This document shows, in pieces, positions 37,849 through 51,285 of a DNA stretch of 64,000 bases. Origin of the DNA: Macrostomum lignano (taxonomy: Eukaryota); contig NIVC01000581.1 of assembly GCA_002269645.1 (NCBI GenBank), positions 1 through 64,000 on the forward strand. Direction: 5' to 3'. A program made the position numbers and the translations under genes. Position 1 is the stretch's first letter; each line of letters starts with the position of its first letter. The notes under the pieces are model-generated. The model was given only the letters and a program-made list of their open reading frames with translations, made no database searches and was not told the DNA's origin.

Positions 37849-38856
37849 CTCCGCCTGCTGGGCAGCACTTTGATTTGAGCAGAGCAGCAATGTCCCAGCA
37901 GTTGAACTGCAAAAAAATAAAATCCCAATCTTTATGGCAGGTTTTGCATGAAAAACCCAGAAACCCTATGCTAGCAACTATTGTGTGCTTGCTGTGAATA
38001 GGTTCTTGAATTCGAGTTCGTGAAGATTTCTGGTGCGCACAGTGGTTGCAGTACATCTGCGCACTGTTGCTGTGCTTCTGTCTGCATGCTGCTGCAGGGA
38101 ATTCCTGTGACTGATTCACATTCTGTCTCCGTTCCTGTTTTGTTATTTGTCCCAATGCAAATCCTAGCCCCGTGCAGTCTTTGTTGCTGCATGTGATTTC
38201 TTTGTTGTTCAGTGTATGTACTTTTAAACAAAGTGACCAAATTGACCTTCAATGACCTTACAAGTCTCAGTACGTGGCAGTGTGGAATTTTACCTGCTCG
38301 GTCTTTATCCATAGATACTGAGTAATTTTAAAATGTTGCCGTATGCGAGGTTCAGGTCTTTTATATCTCAAAACAGCTCAGCTTCTTTGGGCAGTCCTGC
38401 TTTTTTATTAATGCAAATTCATGTTGCAATCTAATTAGGCTATTACTGTCTGCTTTGATTTGCTCTGCTTTTATTGCAATGCTCTCCGGTCTCAGTTCTG
38501 TCTGTGTCCGCTGTCCCCTGTACCTAGATTGGGTCTATTGAATTTGCTATTAGCTGCAATTCCGAATCAAATGCTAATCCTTTACTTGTTTTAAACATAT
38601 ATATACTACTACTTTCACCACCTGTGTCAGCTGTTATTTGTATAGTTGTATCACTTCTGAGTACACCCAAGTTACCTTGCTTTGTACGTGTTTTTGTTTG
38701 TTCTTGTAAAAGTTTTTAGTAAAAAATATATTTGTGCTTTTTCTGTTCTCAGCTTTCACTGCACTAGAAGGTTCTGTTTTTCGCATTTTTTTCTTATTGA
38801 AAGTAGTTTAGATTTTTATATGCTACTTAGTAATAGAAAAGTAGTAGATAGTAGAT

Positions 38857-39156
38857 ATCACTCGTCAGTAGTATCCTTGTCAGTAGCATCACTCGTCAGT
38901 AGTATCCTTGTCAGTAGCATCACTCGTCAGTAGTATCCTTGTCAGTAGCATCACTCGTCAGTAGTATCATTGTCAGTAGTATCACTCGTCAGTAGCATCC
39001 TTGTCAGTAGTATCACTCATCAGTAGTATCCTTGTCAGTAGCATCACTCGTCAGTAGTATCCTTGTCAGTAGTATCACTCGTCAGTAGCATCCTTGTCAG
39101 TAGTATCACTCGTCAGTAATATCCTTGTCAGTAGCATCACTCGTCAGTAGTATCCT
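38857..39156. repeat. 31-bp minisatellite (GTCAGTAGTATCCTT + GTCAGTAGCATCACTC)
   Basis: Read directly from the sequence. Confidence 0.95.
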
Positions 39157-39380
39157 AGACATTCGGTGGACTGTATAGAATTTAATTTCTTTTGTCTGTG
39201 TCAAACTGATTGATTGCATGGCGTTAGCAATTTAACGATATTTCATAAATAATTCTGCCTTTTAACAATGCAATGCGCATTTTGGTTTCGGGGTTTGGTA
39301 AACACTACTGTGGGAGAAACAACATTATTAATTTTCCAAGAGTCCTCGATCGCCTGCTTCAGCCTGCAGTCCCCACCACC

Positions 39381-41790
<2,410 letters not shown>

Positions 41791-42810
41791 CCGGCCCTAA
41801 CAACACGTGTTGCGCTTTCCGCATGCTGCATTGCATTGTCAGGGTCTCGAAATTCTCTCTTGGTGAATCAGCGCGCCCCACGCTGAGGCCAACTGTTGAC
41901 TCCAATGGGTTTAGTTCGGCAGCGGGCTGATTAAGTGTGCAAGGGCGCTGGGAAATACGAAAAGAATCCGAATTTACAATCAAGTCAAAACATAGCTACC
42001 TATTAATCCCACATGACCGGCCCCAGCTCCCCTTCCCCATGGCCTGCCTGTTATTGGCTGTCTCCCAGCTCTGTGTCAGAGTATTAGCAGTTCTGCGTGA
42101 TTTCCTGCTATTGCACAACAGATCTCCCAGTGCCCGTTGTTTCTCTCAATCATCAGGAAAAGCTCCTGTACAGCATGATGGCGTGCGTCTGTACCGCAGC
42201 AACTCAAGTGTTTCATTGTTTATTGTCCTGTGCTGGATCAGCTTATTCAAAATATGATACGAGCCACCATCTTATTGGATTTCATAATTATTTATGCTAA
42301 TCATCTCGAGTCTTGCTTATTTATTTTAATAACAGCATGTAGTTTGATAGGTTTGTGAATATGAGAAAGACATGTCTCTCTGGAGACCAACCACCTTCCA
42401 GGCGAGCCGCCTTCCCTAAGCCTCCTTACTGACAGGAAGATAGTTTACTCTAAAATAGGGTTTCCCAGATGCATAATTGCCTTGATGTCGATGGTGCCCC
42501 AATGCAGTTTATCCCACAGAACTTTCCCAGAATGCTCAATCAGCGATTTTATGAAATTACAGTGTAAACTGCGTAGAAATGGATAGTAAGTCCTGTGGTT
42601 TATACAATGGGCAGCTTGCGACTCAGCTGTAATGTAAATATAAATGAGGAATTATTATTGCCCTTTTATTTTTATAGTCTGCTTTTGCCATAGACATGCG
42701 GCTGGCAGCTGCAGCTCAAATGCATTTTAAATTCCTACCGTGCGCTCTCGATTGCAAAGCATTCACCTATTCCATCTCTATTGCACTTATGCTAATCTGC
42801 AGCCTCAGCC

Positions 42811-45356
42811 ATGTCCGCCATCTCCGTGCTCAACAGCAAGGCCGAGTTCGCCAGAGCTCAGCAAGCCCTCGCCATCAACATCACCGCCTCCCGCGGTCTC
42901 CAGGACGTCCTTAAGAGTAACCTGGGCCCCAAGGGCACCCTCAAGATGCTCGTCTCCGGTGCCGGCGACATCAAGCTCACCAAGGACGGCTGCGTGCTGC
43001 TCAATGAGATGCAGATCCAGCATCCCACCGCCTCTCTCATCGCCAGGGTCGCCACCGCCCAGGACGACATGACCGGGGACGGCACCACCTCCACCGTGCT
43101 ACTCATTGGCGAGCTGCTCAAGCTGTCCGAGGATCACGTGACTGAGGGTCTGCACCCGCGCCACCTCACCGAAGGCTTCGAGATTGCGAAGGAGAAGGCG
43201 CTGGCAGTGCTGGAGCAGATCAAGATCCCCGTGACCCCGGCTGACCGGGACCTGCTGCTCAGCGTGGCCAGGACTTCGCTCAAGACCAAGGTGCGCCTCA
43301 TCGCTTAGTTTCAAAAGAGACCTGATGCGGCTTTGCAGCAGACATACCAAACCAATTCCCCTCTTAGCAGCTTGAAACTCGGCAAAATTGAATGGAATTT
43401 TGCTTGGAATTTAGTTAATTGCTTTCAGGGTTTCAAGTGCCCCTCCTGGCAGTCTTACTGGCTTTGATTTAATTCTTGATTTCAATTGCAGGCGCGTTCT
43501 GCCTCTCTCTCGAGATTCACTTCCCCTCTCATCCCACTCTCCATTATCCCGATCCCCCACTGCGCAGGTGCACGCCGCCCTGGCCGAGCTACTCACGGAA
43601 GCCGTGACGGACGCCGTGCTGGCCATCCGGCAGGAAAGCGCTGAGCTTGACCTGAACCGCGTTGAGATCATGCAGATGATGCACAAGACCGACATGGACA
43701 GCAAGCTGGTCCGCGGCCTGGTGCTGGACCACGGCGTGCGCCACCCGGACATGCCGAAGCGCGTTGAGAACGCCTTCATCCTGGTGGCCAACGTGTCTCT
43801 GGAGTACGAGAAGACCGAGGTGAACTCCGGCTTCTTCTACAAGTCGGCTGCGGAGCGCGAAAAGCTGGTGCTGGCCGAGCGGGAGTTCATCACTCACCGA
43901 GTGCAGCGGATCATCGCATTCAAGGAGTCCGTCTGCTCCGGTGCCAACGCCGGCCGGGCCTTCGTGCTGATCAACCAGAAGGGCGTGGACCCCTACTCGC
44001 TGGACCTGCTGGCCAAGGCCGGCATTCCTTCGCTGCGCCGCGCCAAGCGCCGCAACATGGAGCGCATCGCGCTAGCCTGCGGCGGCTACGCTGTCAACTC
44101 TGTGAGCTCGCGTCCTGCCGTGCATTTGTTTTTTTCAAACTGAAAGTGCACCAATGCTCATCATGCGAGTGTTGGAGCCATCTAGCATAGAGTCGCCAAG
44201 TTTAGTGTCTGGCGCGAATTCAATTGTCAGGTGGCAATGATGTCAAGATTTCAGGTAGTTTATTCACACTTTTTACTCTGGACTTGAAACTCCACAGGTG
44301 GACGACCTCGCTCCGGACTGTCTGGGCGAAGCCGGCCTGGTATATGAGTACACCCTCGGCGAGGAGAAGTACACCTTCATTGAGGAGTGCAAGCGGCCCC
44401 AGTCCGTTACTCTGCTGATCCGCGGCCCCAACAAGTACACGCTGACGCAGATCAAAGACGCCGTCAATGACGGTCTGAAGGCAGTCCGCAACGCCATCAA
44501 CGATGGTTGCGCTGTGCCCGGCGCTGGCGCCTTTGAAGTGGCCGCCAGTCGCAGTCTGACGCGCGCTGCTGAATCCGTGGCTGGCCGGGCCCGCCTGGGC
44601 GTTCAGACATTCGCTGATGCCCTGCTGGTGCTGCCTAAGGTCCTGGCTTCTAACGCTGGGCACGATTCGCAGGAGGTTTGTATGCTGTAACTGATTTGCC
44701 TTTCCCTGGGTATCGCAACTGTTATGTGGCTTGCCTCACCCAGGCCTTTAGTGGGTGCTACTGCAGCCCAGTCCTTCAGTGAGCTCCGCTACCCCCAGCC
44801 TTCAGTGAGCTCCACTACCCCCAGCCTTCAGTGAGCTCCGCTACCCCCAGCCTTCAGTGAGCTCCGCTACCCCCAACCTTCAGTGAGCTCCGCTACCCCC
44901 AGCCTTCAGTGAGCTCCGCTACCCCCAACCTTCAGTGAGCTCCGCTACCCCCAGCCTTCAGTGAGCTCCGCTACCCCCAACCTTCAGTGAGCTCCGCTAC
45001 CCCCAACCTTCAGTGAGCTCCGCTACCCCCAACCTTCAGTGAGCTCCGCTACCCCCAGCCTTCAGTGAGCTCCGCTACCCCCAGTTCTTCAGTCTGAGGT
45101 ATTTCAGAGCCTGTAATTAATATCCCAAACTCTCCAGGTGATGGTGAAGCTGCTGGAGGAGAGCCAGCGCAGCGGCGGCGCGGCCGTGGGCCTGGATCTG
45201 GCCACTGGGGAGGCCTGCCTGCCAGCCGATGCCGGTGTCCTTGACAACCACTGCGTGAAGAAGCAGATTGTGAACTCCGTGTCTGTCATCGCCGCCAACC
45301 TGCTGCTGGTTGACGAGATCCTTCGCGCTGGCCTGTCCTCCCTCAAGGGCGAGTGA
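42811..45356 (+). CDS. CCT6: Chaperonin CCT zeta subunit; exons 42811-43290, 43568-44101, 44298-44675, 45138-45356
   Basis: [72 protein letters not shown]. Confidence 0.97.
44767..45093. repeat. 26-bp intronic minisatellite (CCTTCAGTGAGCTCCGCTACCCCCAG), ~12 copies
   Basis: Read directly from the sequence. Confidence 0.95.
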
Positions 45357-46220
45357 CCGGGCTGGAGTGACCCGGCTGGAGTGACCGAGCTGGAGTGACC
45401 AAGCTGGAGTGACAGCAGACGAGAGTGACTAAAAAGGAGTTTTGGCTATAAGTTTGGCAAATGTTCCACAATAGTTAGCAATATTTCTGAGGCAGTGCAA
45501 GCTGATTTATTGCTTCATTAGCTGACAGCTCGACTTCTTAGGGTGTTTTGCCTGACTTGTAGCGAGGCCGTTGATTGGTCATCGGATGGTTCTCAAACCT
45601 GTGTCCCTTCGCAAAAGAAGCCGTCTCTTGAGCACTGTTTACTGAAAGCGCGTTTCCTTCTCAAAGTTTTTTTTACAAAATACTACAGCCCCTTAGTGCA
45701 AGCTTGTCGCTTCTGCCACCCGACTTTTTTACTTTAATCTGTGCTTACGTTGTTTTTTATAATAGCTAAATGTACTTCTGCAACACCTGCTTGACAGCTC
45801 ATATTCGGCTAAATGTGTGCGTTTCTCGTTTGTTTCCCCTCTGAAGCCGTCTTCTTCAATATTGCCTGCTTATTCAGACCGGCTTTTTGTCCATCTGATG
45901 GTGAGGCAATCGAGAATGCTGAATGGTTGAGTGATAATTGCCCAGTTTAAGCTAAATGCAAAATAAATAAATAGCATGTGCAGCGCACTGAGCCGGCCAG
46001 CTGCTGGAGTGACTGCACTTCCCACCCTTGTTGGATTAATAAAGCATTTGCTTGAAGTTCGATCTTTTCAGTGGGATTTGCAATAAGTCAGCTTATCCAG
46101 CCTTGCCTCCCAGTGCGATCCGTTCGTTTGCAGTGTGTTCTCGCTTGTAGAAACAGTCATCACTTCTGGAAGTCTGGATTGACAACAAACAATATCTGGC
46201 CCCTATGCTAAAATAGATAG

Positions 46221-46310
46221 GGGGTTGTAGCCTAGTGGTTAGAGCGTCGGACTCACGAGTTAAAGGTCGGGGGTTCGATTCTCGATCCTACTGGAACAAT
46301 TTGTGTCCTT
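46221..46310 (+). mobile_element. tRNA-derived SINE head
   Basis: A-box TAGCCTAGTGG and B-box GGTTCGATTC. The anticodon stem is broken and the head is followed by TTGTGTCCTT, a SINE-like core. Confidence 0.6.
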
Positions 46311-46840
46311 AAGGCTACTAAAAATACATTAATGAGACAATGTGTTTGTGCATATGGTTTTGTCATAGCCATTCCATATATAGCTCGTACACAATCTACC
46401 ATTGCTTCAGTTGTAAAATGGGTACAAGCATTAGCTGGGGTTATTGAGGGTGTGTGGCGACTCCCCCCCCCCAGTCCTTGGACTGAACAGCTGCACGCAG
46501 CCTTCAGATGCGCCGCGCAATAGCTGCGGCTGAGCTGTTGGGTGCACATCTGCCCATTCGGACAGGTGTAATAAGAAAATCGACCTCTAAATAAAAGGCT
46601 TGAAACGCATTGTCGAGATAGGAAGTTTCTGTTTTACAGCACGAATCCGTTTGTTTGCCACTTTCTGGATTTCAATAGTTGCAAATAGAGTTGGTGTGTG
46701 CTGTGCTCCTCGTCCCTCTGACCCTTGGCCTGAAGCCTAGCGGGTGCGATAGGCAGCGATTGCTTTTCCAAACTGGCAGCGGCCAGTCACTACTATTGAC
46801 ATCTCAAGCTGACTTTGCCCCCTCCCCGCCCGCAGCAACG

Positions 46841-47185
46841 ATGCCGCAGCTCACCCTGAGCACCAACGTGTCCGGCAGCCAAATTGACAGCCAGCTGCTG
46901 CGGGACCTCACCGACCTGCTGGCTCAGAAGCTGGGCAAGCCGGACTCCTACTGTACTGTGCACATCAGCCCGGACCAGCGGATGGCCTTCGGCGGCACGG
47001 AAGACCCCTGCGGCCACGCCACTCTGCTGTCGCTGGGTGGCCTCAGCGCCAACCTGAACCGTGAAATCTCCAAGGCGCTGGCGGATTTCTTCAGCACCAG
47101 GCTGGGCATCCCGCCCAGCCGCTGCTACATTCGCTTCATTGACTGCCAGCGGCACGAGCTGGGCTGGAACGGCGGCACCTTTTGA
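46841..47185 (+). CDS. MIF: Macrophage migration inhibitory factor / tautomerase (intronless)
   Basis: N-terminal catalytic Pro (MPQLTLSTNV), GKPDSY, MAFGGTEDP, and the C-terminal GWNGGTF. Confidence 0.95.
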   Translation: MPQLTLSTNVSGSQIDSQLLRDLTDLLAQKLGKPDSYCTVHISPDQRMAFGGTEDPCGHATLLSLGGLSANLNREISKALADFFSTRLGIPPSRCYIRFIDCQRHELGWNGGTF

Positions 47186-47314
47186 ACTGCAGCAGCTGGG
47201 CTTAAATCAGCTGGCTTGAGTGCTGTGCTGATTCCTACCATTGAGGATTTTCTAACAAAAAGGATTCCCACCAAAGGCTTGGATTTCGATATCTATAATT
47301 TAGATGGCTTATGA

Positions 47315-47341
47315 CCCTAACCCTTACCCTAACCCTAGCCC
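47315..47341 (-). repeat. Short degenerate interstitial (TTAGGG)n tract
   Basis: CCCTAACCCTTACCCTAACCCTAGCCC. Confidence 0.6.
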
Positions 47342-47918
47342 TTCGCCATGCTGTCTCGGTGAATGAACGTGATCTCATTATTCACTGCTAAGTGAATCCA
47401 AATCGGTCCAAAGGACAGCTAAAACGTGGCCAAACGCCCGTTAGTTGTTGAGTGTCTCCTAATTCAATTAGGATCCATATCTGTTGATATTTTTGTTTTC
47501 TTCACACGCCAGTTTTCCTGTACTGCATGGCTAATGTTGCAAACTAAGGTCAACAGAAAATTATTAAATTGATTTTCCTTAGATAATTTCAATATTTCTA
47601 TATTTATCCGCCATTATGCGCTTAGCGCTTTTTTCTGATTTAGCATGCGGGATGCCACAATTTGAAATCTTATAAGGCCGTCGTGAAAATTCCAGCTTAG
47701 CGGTTTAATATCTAAACATTTCACTCTGTCCGTTTCGTTTTTGACAGCTAAAATCAGTAGAAATAAATGTATTGCGCAATTTAGCTCGTAATTCAGTTTT
47801 CTAATAATACTTGCAAAACTGACTAATGTTATGCACCTGTGTCTGGGTTGTGATGCACTTTATGCCTTCAGCTTTATTGAGAATACTAGCATGTAGCCTA
47901 GTTTTAATTCAAGGGCTG

Positions 47919-48517
47919 TCCTGCAGATCCTATAGCATTAGAATGCAGGTCCTGTAGCATTAGGATGCAGGTCCTGTAGCATTAGGATGCAGGTCCTGTA
48001 GCATTAGGATGCAGGTCCTGTAGCATTAGGATGCAGGTCCTGTAGCATTAGGATGCAGGTCCTGTAGCATTAGGATGCAGGTCCTGTAGCATTAGGATGC
48101 AGGTCCTGTAGCATTAGGATGCAGGTCCTGTAGCATTAGGATGCAGGTCCTGTAGCATTAGGATGCAGGTCCTGTAGCATTAGGATGCAGGTCCTGTAGC
48201 ATTAGGATGCAGGTCCTGTAGCATTAAGATGCAGGTCCTGTAGCATTAGGATGCAGGTCCTGTAGCATTAGGATAGAGGTCCTGTAGCATTAGGATGCAG
48301 GTCCTGTAGCATTAGGATGCAGGTCCTGTAGCATTAGGATGGAGGTCCTGTAGCATTAGGATGCAGGTCCTGTAGCATTAGGATGCAGGTCCTGTAGCAT
48401 TAGGATGCAGGTCCTGTAGCATTAGGATGCAGGTCCTGTAGCATTAGGATGCAGGTCCTGTAGCATTAGGATGCAGGTCCTGTAGCATTAGGATGCAGGT
48501 CCTGTAGCATTAGGATG
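47919..48517. repeat. 22-bp minisatellite (GCAGGTCCTGTAGCATTAGGAT), ~27 copies
   Basis: Read directly from the sequence. Confidence 0.97.
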
Positions 48518-48564
48518 CCGCATGGTAGCACTTTTCAGTACAGTTTTCCCGCATCACTAATTCG

Positions 48565-49497
48565 ATGCGCTCACTGTTGCAGGCTGGGGCGCGTCAAAAG
48601 AAGAAAAAGCAGCAGAAGCGCCGCCCCGGCCAGCAACTGCGGCATCGCCAGCTGCGGTCCCACAGCGGCCCGTCCGCCGGAGCACCCAGCCGGCCGGCAC
48701 CATGCGGCGACTTTCTCGGCCTGCCGTGGCGCGAGGAGGCGCAGCTGCGCAAGGCGCTCATCCTCAGCCTCCGCGACGGCCGGCCAGTGAGCCGCCGCAC
48801 CGTGGAGCGCTCGATGGCCGCCGACGCCAACGCCACCCCTGCTGCTCCTACACCAGCCGCTTATCCACCAGCCGCCTCCGTGGCGTTGCGGGCCACTTCG
48901 ATTGCTGCGCCAGCGGCGCCAAAATGCGCGACGCGCCAGCACTGCTCGCAGCCGCCACCGCCGGAGCTCCGCTTGGACCCCCACACCGGCCGGCCCGTCT
49001 CCACCGTGGCCTTCCTCGACTTCCTCTGCTGCTATCGGGCCACAGCTGTAGCCGCCTCCGCCGCCGTGCCCGCTCGCCTGCGCTGGCTCGCCTTGCCACC
49101 AAGCCTTCGTAGAATAAAGAAGCGACCGACTCTCCAGCAGCTGTCGGTGCCGCATGCACCAAGGCCGAGCCCCTTGGCCTCTGACCCAGAGACGCCCGGA
49201 CCGCTGCAGCAGTGCCGGTCACTTCCGCAACCGCGCGAGCAGTCCCCGACTGTTAATGGTGCTGCTGACTGCCTTGAATTCGGCAGGCACAGCGACAGCC
49301 AACTGCTGCACCAGCATCAGCAGGTGGCCGCTGCAACCAGAGCCAAACGACGGGCTCTCGCAACGCTGCGAGCGGCGGCCGCCACCGCCACTGCCGCTGT
49401 CAGTCACTCCGACTGCGATGAACGCGAGGAGCCGCAGCGGCCTTCTGAGGCGAGCCTCCAGTCGGAGCCGAGGCGCAGCCGGCGCCTTGCCGTCTGA
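48565..49497 (+). CDS. JARID2: JARID2 N-terminus-like protein (UIM + PRC2-binding motif) lacking ARID/JmjC
   Basis: [20 protein letters not shown] resembles JARID2 [30 protein letters not shown] resembles DFLTFLCLRG. The start may lie in an upstream exon (TTGCAG acceptor at ~48580). Confidence 0.65.
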   Translation: [310 protein letters not shown]

Positions 49498-49503
49498 TCC
49501 CCT

Positions 49504-49688
49504 CTTAGACTGGCTCAGTTATCTTCTTGAGCTCGCATTGAGACAAGCTTAGACTGGCTCAGTTATCTTCTTGAGCTCGCATTGAGACCAGCTTAGACTG
49601 GCTCAGTTATCTTCTTGAGCTCGCATTGAGACCAGCTTAGACTGGCTCAGTTATCTTCTTGAGCTCGCATGGAAACCCGCTTAGACTG
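49504..49688. repeat. 44-bp minisatellite x4 just after the stop codon
   Basis: CTTAGACTGGCTCAGTTATCTTCTTGAGCTCGCATTGAGACCAG. Confidence 0.93.
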
Positions 49689-50387
49689 ATCAGTAGTAAA
49701 TGTTGAGTTTCCTCGCCACACTGTAGCATGATTCCCCCTGCCTGTCTCTCTTAGCCAATCATCTCGCACCGCCGCTGTTGATGAGCCACTTAATCCGAGA
49801 TTATCTCGGCCGGTTCAGGTTTCTCCGATTCGCTCTCTGTCCATTGTTTGTTTCATCTGCTGTTTTTACTGTAGATATTGATTTTTATAGCCGGCTTTTA
49901 CTTAAATGGCATATCGCGCGAACTGCACTGACTGTATGTTTCCACACTGCTAATCCACATTTATTCGCTTTTGTTTCTTTAGTTACGATTTTCTGTGCTT
50001 CAGTTGGCATCTCATCATTTAACTGCTTTTACTGAAATTCTCTTTTTTATTTCAAGCAGCGCTGCTAACTTTTTCTGGCCTGCCGGAATTGCAAGTTTTG
50101 TAAAGACTGTTGCCATGGCGCAGACGCTTGTAAATAGGCCACTTTTTAACTCGTATTCTGGCCAAATACACGCACTTTAAAGCCATTGTCGCTGACTGAC
50201 TTTGCTAGCATTTGCACGGGTGTACTCGTATTATTTTCTTTATATGGCTTGCCAACAGTTTGTTCCTTCCTCACTTTAGCTTCCAATGTGAGCACTACTT
50301 CCATGGCTCAATAATGTTTCAAATTTGGAATTCTTTCCACTTTCTCTCTACCTCCCTTGCAAGCACTCTGGCATCGGGTTACCCGTG

Positions 50388-51222
50388 TCAGCAGTTCCCC
50401 GTGTTATCAGATCCCCGTGTTATCAGTTCCCCGTGTTATCAGTTCCCCGTGTTATCATATCCCCGATATTATCAGTTCCCCGTGTTATCAGTTCCCCGTG
50501 TTATCAGATCCCCGTGTTATCAGATCCCCGTGTTATCAGTTCCCCGTGTTATCATATCCCCGATATTATCAGTTCCCCGTGTTATCAGTTCCCCGTGTTA
50601 TCATATCCCCGATATTATCAGTTCCCCAATGTTATCAATTCCCCGTGTTATCAGTTCCCCGATGTTATCAGTTCCCCGATGTTATCAGTTCCCCGATGTT
50701 ATCAGTTCCCCGTGTTATCAGTTCCCCGATATTATCAGTTCCCGTGTTATCATATCCCCGATATTATCAGTTCCCGTGTTATCAGTTCCCCGTGTTATCA
50801 GTTCCCCGATGTTATCAGTTCCCCGTGTTATCATATCCCCGATATTATCAGTTCCCCAATGTTATCAATTCCCCGTGTTATCAGTTCCCCGATGTTATCA
50901 GTTCCCCGATGTTATCAGTTCCCCGATGTTATCAGTTCCCCGATTTTATCAGTTCCCCGTGTTATCAGTTCCCCGATATTATCAGTTCCCGTGTTATCAT
51001 ATCCCCGATATTATCAGTTCCCGTGTTATCAGTTCCCCGTGTTATCAGTTCCCCGATGTTATCAGTTCCCCGTGTTATCAGTTCCCCGTGTTATCAGTTC
51101 CCGTGTTATCAGTTCCCCGTGTTATCAGTTCCCGTGTTATCAGTTCCCGTGTTATCAGTTCCCCGTGTTATCAGTTCCCGTGTTAACAGTTCCCCGTGTT
51201 ATCAGTTCCCCGTGTTATCAGT
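50388..51222. repeat. 15-16-bp minisatellite (GTTATCAGTTCCCCGT)
   Basis: Read directly from the sequence; it generates the spurious ORFs at 50212-51262. Confidence 0.97.
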
Positions 51223-51285
51223 CAGTGCCTGCAGCTGGATGACCCAATGCTATTCTCTATAATCCCGCCTGCCCTCAGCCAATTC

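Noticed and set aside
46221-46292. A functional tRNA gene
   Set aside because: The anticodon and acceptor stems do not pair and a SINE-like tail follows, so it is treated as a SINE head.
47315-47341. Telomere-healing or chromosome-fusion site
   Set aside because: Only ~4.5 degenerate units and no change in flanking gene context.
50212-51262. Three 300-aa ORFs (CYQFP/VLSVP repeats)
   Set aside because: These are translations of a stop-free 16-bp minisatellite in all three frames.
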